A stretch of 64,000 bases of DNA. Origin: Candidatus Babeliales bacterium (lineage in GTDB: Bacteria > Babelota > Babeliae > Babelales > JBFXEV01). Location: the NCBI GenBank assembly GCA_050179755.1, contig JBFXEV010000001.1, forward strand, positions 841,994 through 905,993, read 5' to 3'. A program made the position numbers and the translations under genes. A model generated the notes under the pieces. That model ran no database searches, was not told the DNA's origin, and saw only the letters and a list, made by a program, of their open reading frames with translations. The first letter of the stretch is position 1. The number at the start of each line of letters is the position of its first letter. Shown piece by piece: positions 29,701 to 35,877 of the stretch.

Positions 29701-32247
29701 AGTGCGCAAAGTGATATTACGGGTCTCAAAACAAATATGTTTACCGTGCAAGATGGGCTAAGCACGTTACAAACAGGCGTAGCTGCTTTGGGTACTGGAG
29801 TAATCGATGTTCAAAACGCTGTATCAGTTGTTGAAGCGCGGCTTACAACTGATGAAAACACGCTCACTGCTTTAGGGGCAGCAGCAATTACTACACAAGA
29901 GCTTTTGACTAACGTCGATAGTCGTGTAACAACGGTTCAAAGTGAGCTTGGCTTTGCACAAAGTGAACTTGCAGTGTTACAGAATGCACAAGCAAGCGAT
30001 GCAAACACTCTTGCATTAGTGCAACAGATAACGCAGCAGCATGAAAATGATATTACGACGTTACAGATTACTATGTCTACTGCTCAACATACGGTCAGTA
30101 ATTTGAATACGCGCATATCTCAATTAGAAAATGATGATGTGTCAATGCAAAATACGCTCATCTTAGTGCAAAATAGACTACAACATGATGAAACTGCTCT
30201 TTCATCTCTTGCGCTTACCGTGAGCAGCGTGCAAGCAGATTTGAGCGGAGTGACTGCGCGTATGGCTCTTGCTGAAAGTGCAGTTTTTGCACAGCAGCTT
30301 TTAACAACTGATTTGCAAAACCGAGAAACGGCTGTCGAAGGCGCAGTGCTTACATTACAAGCACAGGTGAATGCCCATGAAAATACTTTAGGCACTCTAC
30401 AGCATGAAATGAGTGAATTGTATACTACCGTGAGCGTAGTGAGCAGCAGAGTTGCTTTAGATGAAGCGGTTCTTGCAAGAAGCCTATCAGATATAGGTAC
30501 GTTGCAGTACACGGTGACAGCATTGCAGACTTCTATTGCTGGATTGCAAGGAGAAATAATGATTGATGATAATCATATTACTACATTGCAATCAAATATG
30601 GTGGTAGCACAATCTGATATAAAGGCACTTGATATGCGCGTTGCTAATGATGAGGCGGCGCTTGTACATGCACAAAGCAGTCTAGGTAATTTGCAAAATT
30701 CAGTGCAATTAGATAAGACAGCAATTGGTACGTTACAAATAGATGTCCAGGCTGCACAATCTGATATAACAGCGCTTGGTAGTCGAGCAATAGCGTTAGA
30801 AGATGGTCTTATGGCAACGCAGTCAACGGTATTTACACTTAAGGCACACATGCTTGCAGATGACGCTATTTTAGGATCAGTGATTTCTGGCATTACCGTG
30901 GCAAATAATGCGCTTGCGCTTCTTGATGGCAAAACAAATCTATTGGATACTGCCGTATCTCAATTAGAACGAGATTTTGGCTTGATGCAAACTTTTACAC
31001 AAACGGTGCATGCTCGTTTAACTGCAGATGAATTGCTGCTTGATAGTTTGCGTATGTGTTGTTCTAGCTACCAAACGCAAGTAGATGCATTCAATGTTCA
31101 AATAGATGCGGTTGTTGATCAAATGAATGTACTTAGGCCGACAGTTCAAGCCGCGATTGATGGAATACACGATCAAGTAGTGGCTCTTAATGCGAACACA
31201 GAGCGTATTGAGCAACAAATTGCACAATTAGGTACGCAAGTGGGTACCAGTTGTGTTGTAACTATTGATGGCACAATGATATTTAATCATCAAGATGAGT
31301 TGCAAGAAGGCGCGGCACTTATTTTCCAATTTAACTCATGTAGATCACTTGATGTACCGCAATTGATCTTTGAAAAAGATATGGTGGTCACCATACCTCA
31401 AAATTCACGGCTTATTTTCAGAGGAGAAGGTGTTATAGTGCTCGAAGATGGGGTGCAGTTTGTGTTCACCGGATCAACTGAAGTTACTGCATCGGTCATG
31501 ATTCTTGAACGAAATTGTAATATGGAGCTTGCAGATTCTGCTATGGCACATATGCATGGTCAAGGTACTTTATTTATTCGTGATGGCGGCACTATACGTT
31601 TAACTAAACCATCGCAATTATTGTTTGGCAAGCAAGCGACTGACGTATTTAATCTTAATCTTATGCGTTTTGGCACGCTCCTTGTTGAACATGATGATGC
31701 TGAAATTTCATTTAACGAGGGCATATTTGATATTATTGCCGATCCGGTTGGCATCATTACCATTAACCGTGGTAGGATATGCATGAATCCTTATAATGCA
31801 TCAGGTTATATACGGCAGCTTTCAATACTAAATAGTTCAATTTTGCAAACTGATAAAGGCTGCTTAGTATTAAATACTAATGGTGATGATCAGCTTACGC
31901 GGTTTGATACTACTGGCGGTATTATCAGAGGTAAAAACGGTATTCGTTATAAACCATCAAATACCAATATTGATTTACAGCAAAATACTATTAAAGGTGA
32001 TTTTAGTATGTTGCAAATATTTATGGAGCTTGGCTACATTTATCATGACGAACGGCCAGGTTCATGGATTTTGGTTAAATCTGGCGATGATCTTGCAGCC
32101 TTGCGTGCCGTGCGTGATGGTACAACTGTGTTGTTACAAGAAGGTGATCATGACGTATGGTATGGCAATGCAAATGATATATATGGTTATGATAAAGTGA
32201 ATAAATTGTTTAGAAACGATGCAAAAAACATAAGAACAGTTCAGTAA
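17740..32247 (+). CDS. Giant 4835-aa secreted coiled-coil fibre protein
   Basis: Signal peptide VIYA-ASF; N-terminal beta-solenoid (to ~aa 370); heptad repeats aa ~375-970 and ~1317-4500; homologous ~330-aa domains at aa ~975-1305 and ~4501-4835. Confidence 0.9.
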   Translation: MNKKRAWSIQHIFGSFAVNLLVSTVIYAASFNCDSPNSALVLTPGATFNIVNPITNFNGTLTMPTESTVSGSTITFAGGYLQGTGNRASITGLYTPSTNQLSMTGNHTFNATPGLSWEQLAVSGTGNLLEGQPTFVSDIVLANASTALTIAIQNTLNVNIALAGGAVTLGSDLRFADGKGFTGNGTVNLTNNGLTFGGTPLVWSNNITWNNAGNLRLHGKVKVTGTHTFSGVSALNGNGNILDLSGGGSLIVPASSTLYLSDLVIKGLGTGGGTILLAAPTSQLRLSHVTLELVGNLTTSQGSIYIEGPSTVVVNNFTWTVNSSGLLIVDGVTLWTDSVGASSPGTITFGSPLSTYLSLVATGTIKNAGSGSVTTAAFNALNARLTTDETNITTLQGQMTAVNSNVALVQGQMSTANSNITAAQSNITTLQGQMTTATTNITGAQGSITALQNRAAVDESAISTLQTNMTAAQNTIASAQSNITALTTRMTTVEGNISTAQDNIASLQTNVTSAQASIGTLQTNAANDERNITALQTSVAGAQTSLTGLGTRMTAAETNITGAQGSIGTLQTNMSAAQGNITALQTRVTADENTLATVQSNITAAQTSITGLGSRMTTAENNITALQSRVTADETSLSGLQTSVTAAQNAIATNQSSITALTTRVTSAESTIHTAQSNITTLQSGMTSAQNSIGTLQTKLTADEANIASLQTNVAAVQTSITGLGTRVNAAESTITSAQSSLTALQTSLASSQDAITTLQTNATADEQNIATLQTNMTAAQNDITALGTRMTSGENNITSLQGSVATLQTNVTNDERNIATLQTNMANAQGTITGLTTRMTTAEGAIVNLQTNAASDERNISTLQTNVTGAQNAITSLQGLVSTLQANVASDERSIAALQTNMGGAQSAITTLQRNALINEGNILTLQTNLFSAQNNINVLLPRMTSAENNLINLQLNIATAQESLNLLLSEYHKVVHVNGHMVFDHARMLREHGALIFEFCPGRLDDLPTITFVKNTQLEMPRNAHLVFKGHGTVILKDGVQLTLNSEVAKNKPTLVFDDNATLRVAKNGQAAIAGRGTICLQNGGSFELTKKSQLVLGTSSRDVIHVEMKQFGALSLQHRDAEIAFAHGQFDILADLCGVINIARGRLCLNARHQTEAPGRIKHFALRGNSLLHIDQGQLVLGDNSDNSKTFIDCTSGLIQGHGRMRYLSSNALIDIQNNPFIGSYDIITIFMKLGYIVPDEKSQPSILVHSFDKLAAFLPVRDGSIVRLEPGDHAITYRDDGIFGYDRDKRLFSINRDGTRNRIGDLEPLGCCDLITQAESNIANLEALTNQLSGRVVSAESGISVLQTRATNDEAAITQLQVNAQAAQTNITGLQSSISTVQLGLASAQSSIASLQTNATVDESHITTLQANMAIAQNNVAGLTTRMTLAEGGLGSAQSAISALQSRATTHESLLSALQSNMTNAQTNITSLGSRMATAEGAISLLQNNMSGLQLNVTGCQTNIAALAARALIDESNISALHDGFATTQTAVSGLGIRMASTEGAVTILQNNVSTLQADVIATQSVCTALQTSALADEHAIWALQSNMTMAQSSINVLDARVTSVEEDLQVAQGALGSLQTNLAHDESVLSILQDNVAGTQSGISLLQTRMGVAENTLTIAQAHIAALLSNMLSAQGAISTLQTNALADEHAIAVLQNNISSAQTTIGSLSTRMNQAEGALTVAQGSIIHLQTTMTTVQNLVDTLDLARELNEQVIRALQTDAVTKTTQIQGLESQIDSCQSNIQATQTALSALQQRVTIDESNLVSIESGLQSTVNALSDITDRVTMAEVDIQITVTTLAALQTTMTIVEHDLSAAHANILALNGRMASAEHEIDMLQSATHLLDTRLIVATQSIDLINERMGIAEQDIVLLATATAEIANRVMVLENTTIAFNQELDQLVTGSQLQQNLLSINYRLYNAEAHITTAQIDIADVKNRVDNAEMLLSLFDTTTLAFANRMLQIESVDFDFQNQIDALNTSTLVLQQEINELIQRNQAADGLLETYSLQFVQDALRLAMLETATQYLEASLDVGQSDMQAIVQRVSVLESTDNELVQAVDLLNASTYILQQELDVLSGQMINAQNGLGALQTQLNADENAIGVLQTTLSHAQSTVMGLANRISSAETHIAIDEQRMLAMQVNMADAQTTILTLTSQMAGAQEAIIAAQAHLFSHDIALNLVQSALVDTQTALNVLHMQNALDEQAIAALQVDMLATQTHITDLTMRSDLTESALAQQHEALAAVQQQALIDEHALAVVQSTLSTAQTAIDVLSGRTSNTESALVGVQGALSIVQTNMQVAQSTISTLQANALTDEASIVQLQTNMIDTQLAIAGLDTRVGNAQDDVTSIQSDVLVLQVTMTSVQHDIAQLHNENALEQNMLGTLQMQLLESQTHIIELTTDMLQADFAIGLLQMQRADDELAIAALQSGLVAAQQTEELLDNRLVRAQNALDMLDSATQALSSRVDSLELVDREHNELFELVSASTGSLREFVQVLDQQLSSAQAHIMQLETSTQALAARVGDIEIIDTHMQQQIAMLITSTQALQQEITGLMSDVLHLQDNVMTLSQQTGMAQQDIMTLQSCCTEHDARLIALEQAGISFNEELDMLVSNTEFQQNLRSLNYRLQLAETNLSGAQTDIELLDGRMLIAQDVLSNLVTASAVFDTRLLTLESADRSFQDQVDLLYAHTGALQVLVDGLSQRVDSAESAVHMLDTATQALDSRIATIEITDAHVQTQLDALHTSTVHAQVQFNDLGMHMNQAQTMLTAHGNRLDMYSDTLDLLSTATHSLDMRSLTAQTNLDALVVRLTADETIAAQLSHDVELLSSSTSFLQTTLNELALRTTSCEMTLSQLADAQNQDEVAIAILQTGMSAAQDTLTGLSGRTAQTEFALTDAQASIETLETSVITAQGGIAILQNQMTLAQSNIANLQFNAHIDENMLSVLTAHMQNAQADIHDIEAQAISVRYTVSTLHDDLQQVQTRVTGLSMSMDIAQADILTAHDAISLLQTQRTADVNALTLIQSNVSLTQNNLAALTDRLQQDEDNAFTLQITVSQAEHKLATMQDTLITHNQEMAGLSTRISHAQEAIDTLDTTTVYLKELIDLQAVIDTQLQQQLGMVATATALLSTQVHLLDGSLQIALQNMAVLTGSLEDAQVDIALLSSDTGNLANRVAVLEATDIVFNDEIEGLLTNTQLQQNLLSLNYRLNAAESTLTQAQSEISTLEYHTQSAQTALTLLQTITSDFATRIALLEDQDNNFQTQLDALHTSTHIVQQELDSLSGRLQLTEYTITSLEQTATLLGQQLRSAQDAFAACQTQQQDANENITELQTTVDLMQDGLFVLKLTLSRDESDLRVAQHDISLAQTSIAALDARSSIASASITALDTALNALQANVSHDENLLSTLQTTMTTAHSVQAALHTRLTAIEGVSVSTQQSLSLFQTQLLTAQNDMAVAEGTLSDLGARMDLTQAGIALLQTATSWLQNALSTVTDSCEQLTVWQSRADTLFENLATVTNNLSVCCTELASFEDHVLQELTLIKTSTGVLQAELDELDIYMSNAQSLLTNLSSEVVTLDARIALDENADQALQTLVQDAQSKILGLDTRILRAEGSITAHHDILATLQTQVNTDAAALINLQSTTVAAQHEIAALADRIITVEGAVRMLQEDEQVEQIKLAAVENRVNALEVQTLRNENMVSDLVTSLSLTHIAQNEYDIRLENIENDLVTVHTNIISLHTTQQQDEALVNQLHSNYISLQSTMTLVQALIAPFEELQNNYMQFESRITDIENTLVDVVPSVSNLQHAFVIAEDSIAVLQDAYNADAQYISQLQTSVTLIEQEQIDHALRLSVLEDAVRAEKAGLASMQITMSFCAQDVSSLIIDCANNQLHMNTLQQDIFAVQGALLGLDTRMISAEHALEKDQSAIKALQDEDAVDDISIATLASTLSSAQSDITGLKTNMFTVQDGLSTLQTGVAALGTGVIDVQNAVSVVEARLTTDENTLTALGAAAITTQELLTNVDSRVTTVQSELGFAQSELAVLQNAQASDANTLALVQQITQQHENDITTLQITMSTAQHTVSNLNTRISQLENDDVSMQNTLILVQNRLQHDETALSSLALTVSSVQADLSGVTARMALAESAVFAQQLLTTDLQNRETAVEGAVLTLQAQVNAHENTLGTLQHEMSELYTTVSVVSSRVALDEAVLARSLSDIGTLQYTVTALQTSIAGLQGEIMIDDNHITTLQSNMVVAQSDIKALDMRVANDEAALVHAQSSLGNLQNSVQLDKTAIGTLQIDVQAAQSDITALGSRAIALEDGLMATQSTVFTLKAHMLADDAILGSVISGITVANNALALLDGKTNLLDTAVSQLERDFGLMQTFTQTVHARLTADELLLDSLRMCCSSYQTQVDAFNVQIDAVVDQMNVLRPTVQAAIDGIHDQVVALNANTERIEQQIAQLGTQVGTSCVVTIDGTMIFNHQDELQEGAALIFQFNSCRSLDVPQLIFEKDMVVTIPQNSRLIFRGEGVIVLEDGVQFVFTGSTEVTASVMILERNCNMELADSAMAHMHGQGTLFIRDGGTIRLTKPSQLLFGKQATDVFNLNLMRFGTLLVEHDDAEISFNEGIFDIIADPVGIITINRGRICMNPYNASGYIRQLSILNSSILQTDKGCLVLNTNGDDQLTRFDTTGGIIRGKNGIRYKPSNTNIDLQQNTIKGDFSMLQIFMELGYIYHDERPGSWILVKSGDDLAALRAVRDGTTVLLQEGDHDVWYGNANDIYGYDKVNKLFRNDAKNIRTVQ

Positions 32248-32261
32248 AGATGGAGCATTGA

Positions 32262-33794
32262 GTGAAACTATCTACGTACCTATTTCTTGGCATGGGCATT
32301 TTAACGAGTGGTACTATTATCGCGCGTTCATGCAATCTTTCAAATATACTGCTGCAGCCTGGTGGATATTATGTTTTTCCATGTAAAGAAGAGCTTGTAG
32401 AATGTGCACAGCCATGTAATGCAACTTGGTATAAGCAGGTAACAAATGCACATGGCGTAGGAACGTATGATAATTATTATTCTTTTCTTTTTGGTGATTG
32501 TAAAAAACACTTTTTATTTCAAGCCTTTTTTTATGGGTGTTTGGCAGACAAAGGTTTTAATGATGCCAAACAAAAAGTGCCCTTGAGTACGTTGATATTT
32601 GGTAATCCTTTTACGATAGAAGATGCCAATCTTGCCTCGCGCTTGGCAGCGCAGGGTTTGCTTACATTGCCCACAAGGCCGGGAATGCCACGCCCGTATG
32701 GTTCAATTCCTGATGAGCAATATATTGCATTACTTGCACCAACTAATGTTAACGTTTCATCTGAGCAACAAGAGTTAGGATTAAATTTAACTGGTATGTA
32801 TTATGCACGTATACCGGGAACCAGAAAATTATTGGGTGTCCTTGGGCTTATGATTCCCATAATTAGTCAACGTCATCGCATGGATATAAGTTATGATAAT
32901 GGCTCATTAATTTCTCCAGCAGTGCCACCGCCCAGCGTGCCTGGTCAAACAACGTTAACACAATTTTTTTCTTATTTTGAAAGCGTAGATGATTTTTTTA
33001 CACGTGGCGTGCTTGCTCCTAAAGGGTTAACATGTAATGTGCGTCAGCGGCGGACGAGTATTGGTGATGTGGTGGCATTAACGGCTTTTGATTTTTCTGG
33101 CTGCTCAACTTGGTGTGATGCTTGTTTGCTTGGTATGCAATGGGTGTTTCCTACGGGCAATAAGCAACATGGCACACGCGTATGGCCACTAGAACTTGGC
33201 AATGGCGGATCGTATCAATTTGAACCATTTCTGAATATATATGCCACTATGTTTACATGGATTAATCCAATATTTTATATTGGCGGTAGATTTAGTACTT
33301 CATATACGGGCATACGGCGAGTTCCACAATTAAAAAGTGGTTCTTCCGGGCAAGCACTTTTAGATACGAGCGTGCTTATACCGCCAGGTTTTGAAAATTA
33401 TATTGTAACACCAGGGGAATCTTTTAGTGAGTTTGATACAACAGTTCTGCAGCTTGCCGATGCGCGCGTGCAAGCAAGAATTCATCCTGGAGCACAAATG
33501 CTTGTGCGTATGGGGAATTTTTTTGAAGAATTTTTAATTGATTGTTTAGACCTTGGCATTTTTTATGACGTTTACATGCAGAAAAAAGAAAGAATTGGGG
33601 TGCTTGATGTTGGTATATTTAATACAGAATTGTTAGAAAGGCACTCGGTAAGAACAGAGCATCTTATTAGTTGGCGTCTTGGTTATACGCATAATGATGT
33701 TCTTCAAGCGTATGTTGGCTCGCAGCACGTGGTAGCAGGTAAAAATGTAGCGCAAGATAATAAAATATATGCATCGTTAATCGCATATTTTTAA
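32262..33794 (+). CDS. Putative outer-membrane beta-barrel protein
   Basis: GTG start after GGAG; signal peptide; alternating strands; IGD...FPTGN...LGNGG motifs; C-terminal YASLIAYF (BAM-type terminal Phe). Confidence 0.65.
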   Translation: MKLSTYLFLGMGILTSGTIIARSCNLSNILLQPGGYYVFPCKEELVECAQPCNATWYKQVTNAHGVGTYDNYYSFLFGDCKKHFLFQAFFYGCLADKGFNDAKQKVPLSTLIFGNPFTIEDANLASRLAAQGLLTLPTRPGMPRPYGSIPDEQYIALLAPTNVNVSSEQQELGLNLTGMYYARIPGTRKLLGVLGLMIPIISQRHRMDISYDNGSLISPAVPPPSVPGQTTLTQFFSYFESVDDFFTRGVLAPKGLTCNVRQRRTSIGDVVALTAFDFSGCSTWCDACLLGMQWVFPTGNKQHGTRVWPLELGNGGSYQFEPFLNIYATMFTWINPIFYIGGRFSTSYTGIRRVPQLKSGSSGQALLDTSVLIPPGFENYIVTPGESFSEFDTTVLQLADARVQARIHPGAQMLVRMGNFFEEFLIDCLDLGIFYDVYMQKKERIGVLDVGIFNTELLERHSVRTEHLISWRLGYTHNDVLQAYVGSQHVVAGKNVAQDNKIYASLIAYF

Positions 33795-33818
33795 AAAATT
33801 ACAAAAAGGGAGTTATGT

Positions 33819-35255
33819 ATGAAAAAAAATATAGTGTTGTATAGCTTGGTGTTCTATGTATTTGATGTTTCCGCGTATGCGTGGATGAATTTAAAACAGC
33901 GCGCACAACATCTTGCACTGCGTAAAGAAGCATTACAAAAAGAACGGCAAGAACGTAAAGAGCAGCGGCTTGCACAATTAAGGAATTATTATGCTGAGCA
34001 GGCGCAGCTGCTTGCGCAAAAAAAGTGTGAACAAGAGCAAGCTATGCAGGAGCAAAAAATTGTGGTTGCTCACAAAGAAGCACTGCGTGTAAAAGCTGCT
34101 CAAGAGAAAGAAGCTGAGCGTATTCAAGTGTTTGCACAGCGTGAAGAAGCTCGCATAAAAGCTGCTCAAGAAAAAGAAATGCAACAACAGCAATTGCTTG
34201 CGCAGCGGCAAGTAAAGCAACAAAGAATACAGGAGCAAAACGCATTAAAATTAGCGCAGCGCCAGCAAGAGCAGCAAGCACGTGAAGCAGCAAAAGCATT
34301 ACAACTTGCTCAACGTGCGTGTGAAAAAGAAGAAGCTGCACGTCAGCAGGCGCTTATAATGGCACAAAAAGAATCTGAACGCAAGCAATTTGAAGAACAA
34401 AAAGCATTGCAACTTGCCGAACGCAAAAAAGAACAGGAACGTATTGCCCAAGAAAAAGAAACACAACGTGCAGTCGCGCTTGCAGCGCGGCGAGAAGAAC
34501 GTCAAGCACGTGCACAAGCACGAGTTGAATTATTTGCACAAAAAGAATCTGAGCGTAAGGAGCGTGATGCGCAAAGAACGCAAATTTTAGTTCAAAAAGA
34601 GCCAGAGCGTACAGTGCAACAAGAATCAGCGCCTCAACAAGTAATGCTCACGCACAACCAGGAAGTTTTACCAAATATTGTAGTGCAACAACAGGAACCA
34701 CTTGCTTCATTGGTGCAAGACATTGCAGGTACCACGCTACAAGACGATCGCTTTAATAGTCTAATGGCCTATGCTGAAAAAAAACTAGAAGTTACCAGAG
34801 AATTAGTTCATACGCAACAACGTGTAGTAGAAGCTATGCGCCAAGATCTTGCGCAATTGACAAGCCTTGCTCTGGGTACTGTAACAAGCGATCTAAAAAC
34901 TGCTTTGCCTACGCCTCAAGAATTTCAACAGGCATTTGATCAATTTGCGCACAATGCACATTTCAATGAACAATTGATAGCGTCGTTGCTGCAAGTGCTT
35001 GAGGGTGAAAGTGCTATTGTTGCAAGTCTTGAAAAAAATAATCGTGGATCTCAACTTGAAAAGGTGATTCAAGAGCGTAATGCACTACTTTTCCAAAGTC
35101 CTCTTGCGGTCCAACGATTCTATGAAGTGATTATGGAGCAGGCATTTGATGCTAGTGAGCAATTTGAAGGTAAACGCAGTGAGTATTTGAATCACATGCG
35201 TGAATCACTTTCTGCCGTAGAGCAACAAGTTAAAAAATTACAACAAACTGTTTAA
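33819..35255 (+). CDS. Secreted highly charged (E/Q/K/R/A) long-helix protein
   Basis: GGGGAG RBS; signal peptide; repeated KAAQEKE and AQKESER; helical C-terminal domain. Confidence 0.8.
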   Translation: MKKNIVLYSLVFYVFDVSAYAWMNLKQRAQHLALRKEALQKERQERKEQRLAQLRNYYAEQAQLLAQKKCEQEQAMQEQKIVVAHKEALRVKAAQEKEAERIQVFAQREEARIKAAQEKEMQQQQLLAQRQVKQQRIQEQNALKLAQRQQEQQAREAAKALQLAQRACEKEEAARQQALIMAQKESERKQFEEQKALQLAERKKEQERIAQEKETQRAVALAARREERQARAQARVELFAQKESERKERDAQRTQILVQKEPERTVQQESAPQQVMLTHNQEVLPNIVVQQQEPLASLVQDIAGTTLQDDRFNSLMAYAEKKLEVTRELVHTQQRVVEAMRQDLAQLTSLALGTVTSDLKTALPTPQEFQQAFDQFAHNAHFNEQLIASLLQVLEGESAIVASLEKNNRGSQLEKVIQERNALLFQSPLAVQRFYEVIMEQAFDASEQFEGKRSEYLNHMRESLSAVEQQVKKLQQTV

Positions 35256-35258
35256 CAG

Positions 35259-35849
35259 GTGGGTATGAACATAAAAGTTGCCTATGCATTGAGCTTGTTC
35301 ACAATTTCATTTTGTAAAAGTGAGAACATACCGTTTGGCATGTTCTTTCATTCTAGAGAAGAAGTTAACGTTGCAGATAGTGCTTCATTCAAAGCATTTG
35401 ATACACCGCATGAGCAAGAAATTATTAAGATTACTCAGCAGCAGCAACAAATACAGGAAGCACAAGAAATTGAAAAGCATGCAGCGCAGTTACGCACAAT
35501 TCTTGAAAAGAGAGAAGAAAAACGTACCGTGCGTTATGCGCATTTTCAAAATGCAATGAGTGTTCGTTCATATAAATTAAGTAATCGTGAACTGCTTGCA
35601 AAACGAGCTGCAATGCCAGAGCCTGATATAACAGCTCTCTACCGCACAACTTTGCCAGATTATACCGTTTTATGTGCGCAGCGTCAGGCAGATGAAAGAG
35701 CAAACCGTAGTGAGCGTGTACAAGCATATGCTGATCAGCAAGCTGAGGTATTATTGCAAGCAATTAATGTGCAGCATACAATAAAAGATCTATGTGCTGA
35801 TATTGAGAGATTGCAAGCTACGCGATATGCAAAAAATGTGGTAAGCTGA
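35259..35849 (+). CDS. Hypothetical secreted helical protein
   Basis: 3 nt after previous stop (GTG, or ATG at 35265); hydrophobic N-terminus; Q/E-rich helices. Confidence 0.7.
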   Translation: MGMNIKVAYALSLFTISFCKSENIPFGMFFHSREEVNVADSASFKAFDTPHEQEIIKITQQQQQIQEAQEIEKHAAQLRTILEKREEKRTVRYAHFQNAMSVRSYKLSNRELLAKRAAMPEPDITALYRTTLPDYTVLCAQRQADERANRSERVQAYADQQAEVLLQAINVQHTIKDLCADIERLQATRYAKNVVS

Positions 35850-35877
35850 ATAGAAATTTAATAAAAGAAAGCATCAT

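Noticed and set aside
17980..31784. Many minus-strand ORFs inside the giant gene
   Set aside because: Antisense shadows of repetitive heptad codons; no RBS or family motifs.
17740..32247. Giant protein as phage tape measure, SMC or classical trimeric autotransporter
   Set aside because: Has a signal peptide; no phage genes nearby, no Walker motifs, no C-terminal YadA-type barrel ending in an aromatic residue.
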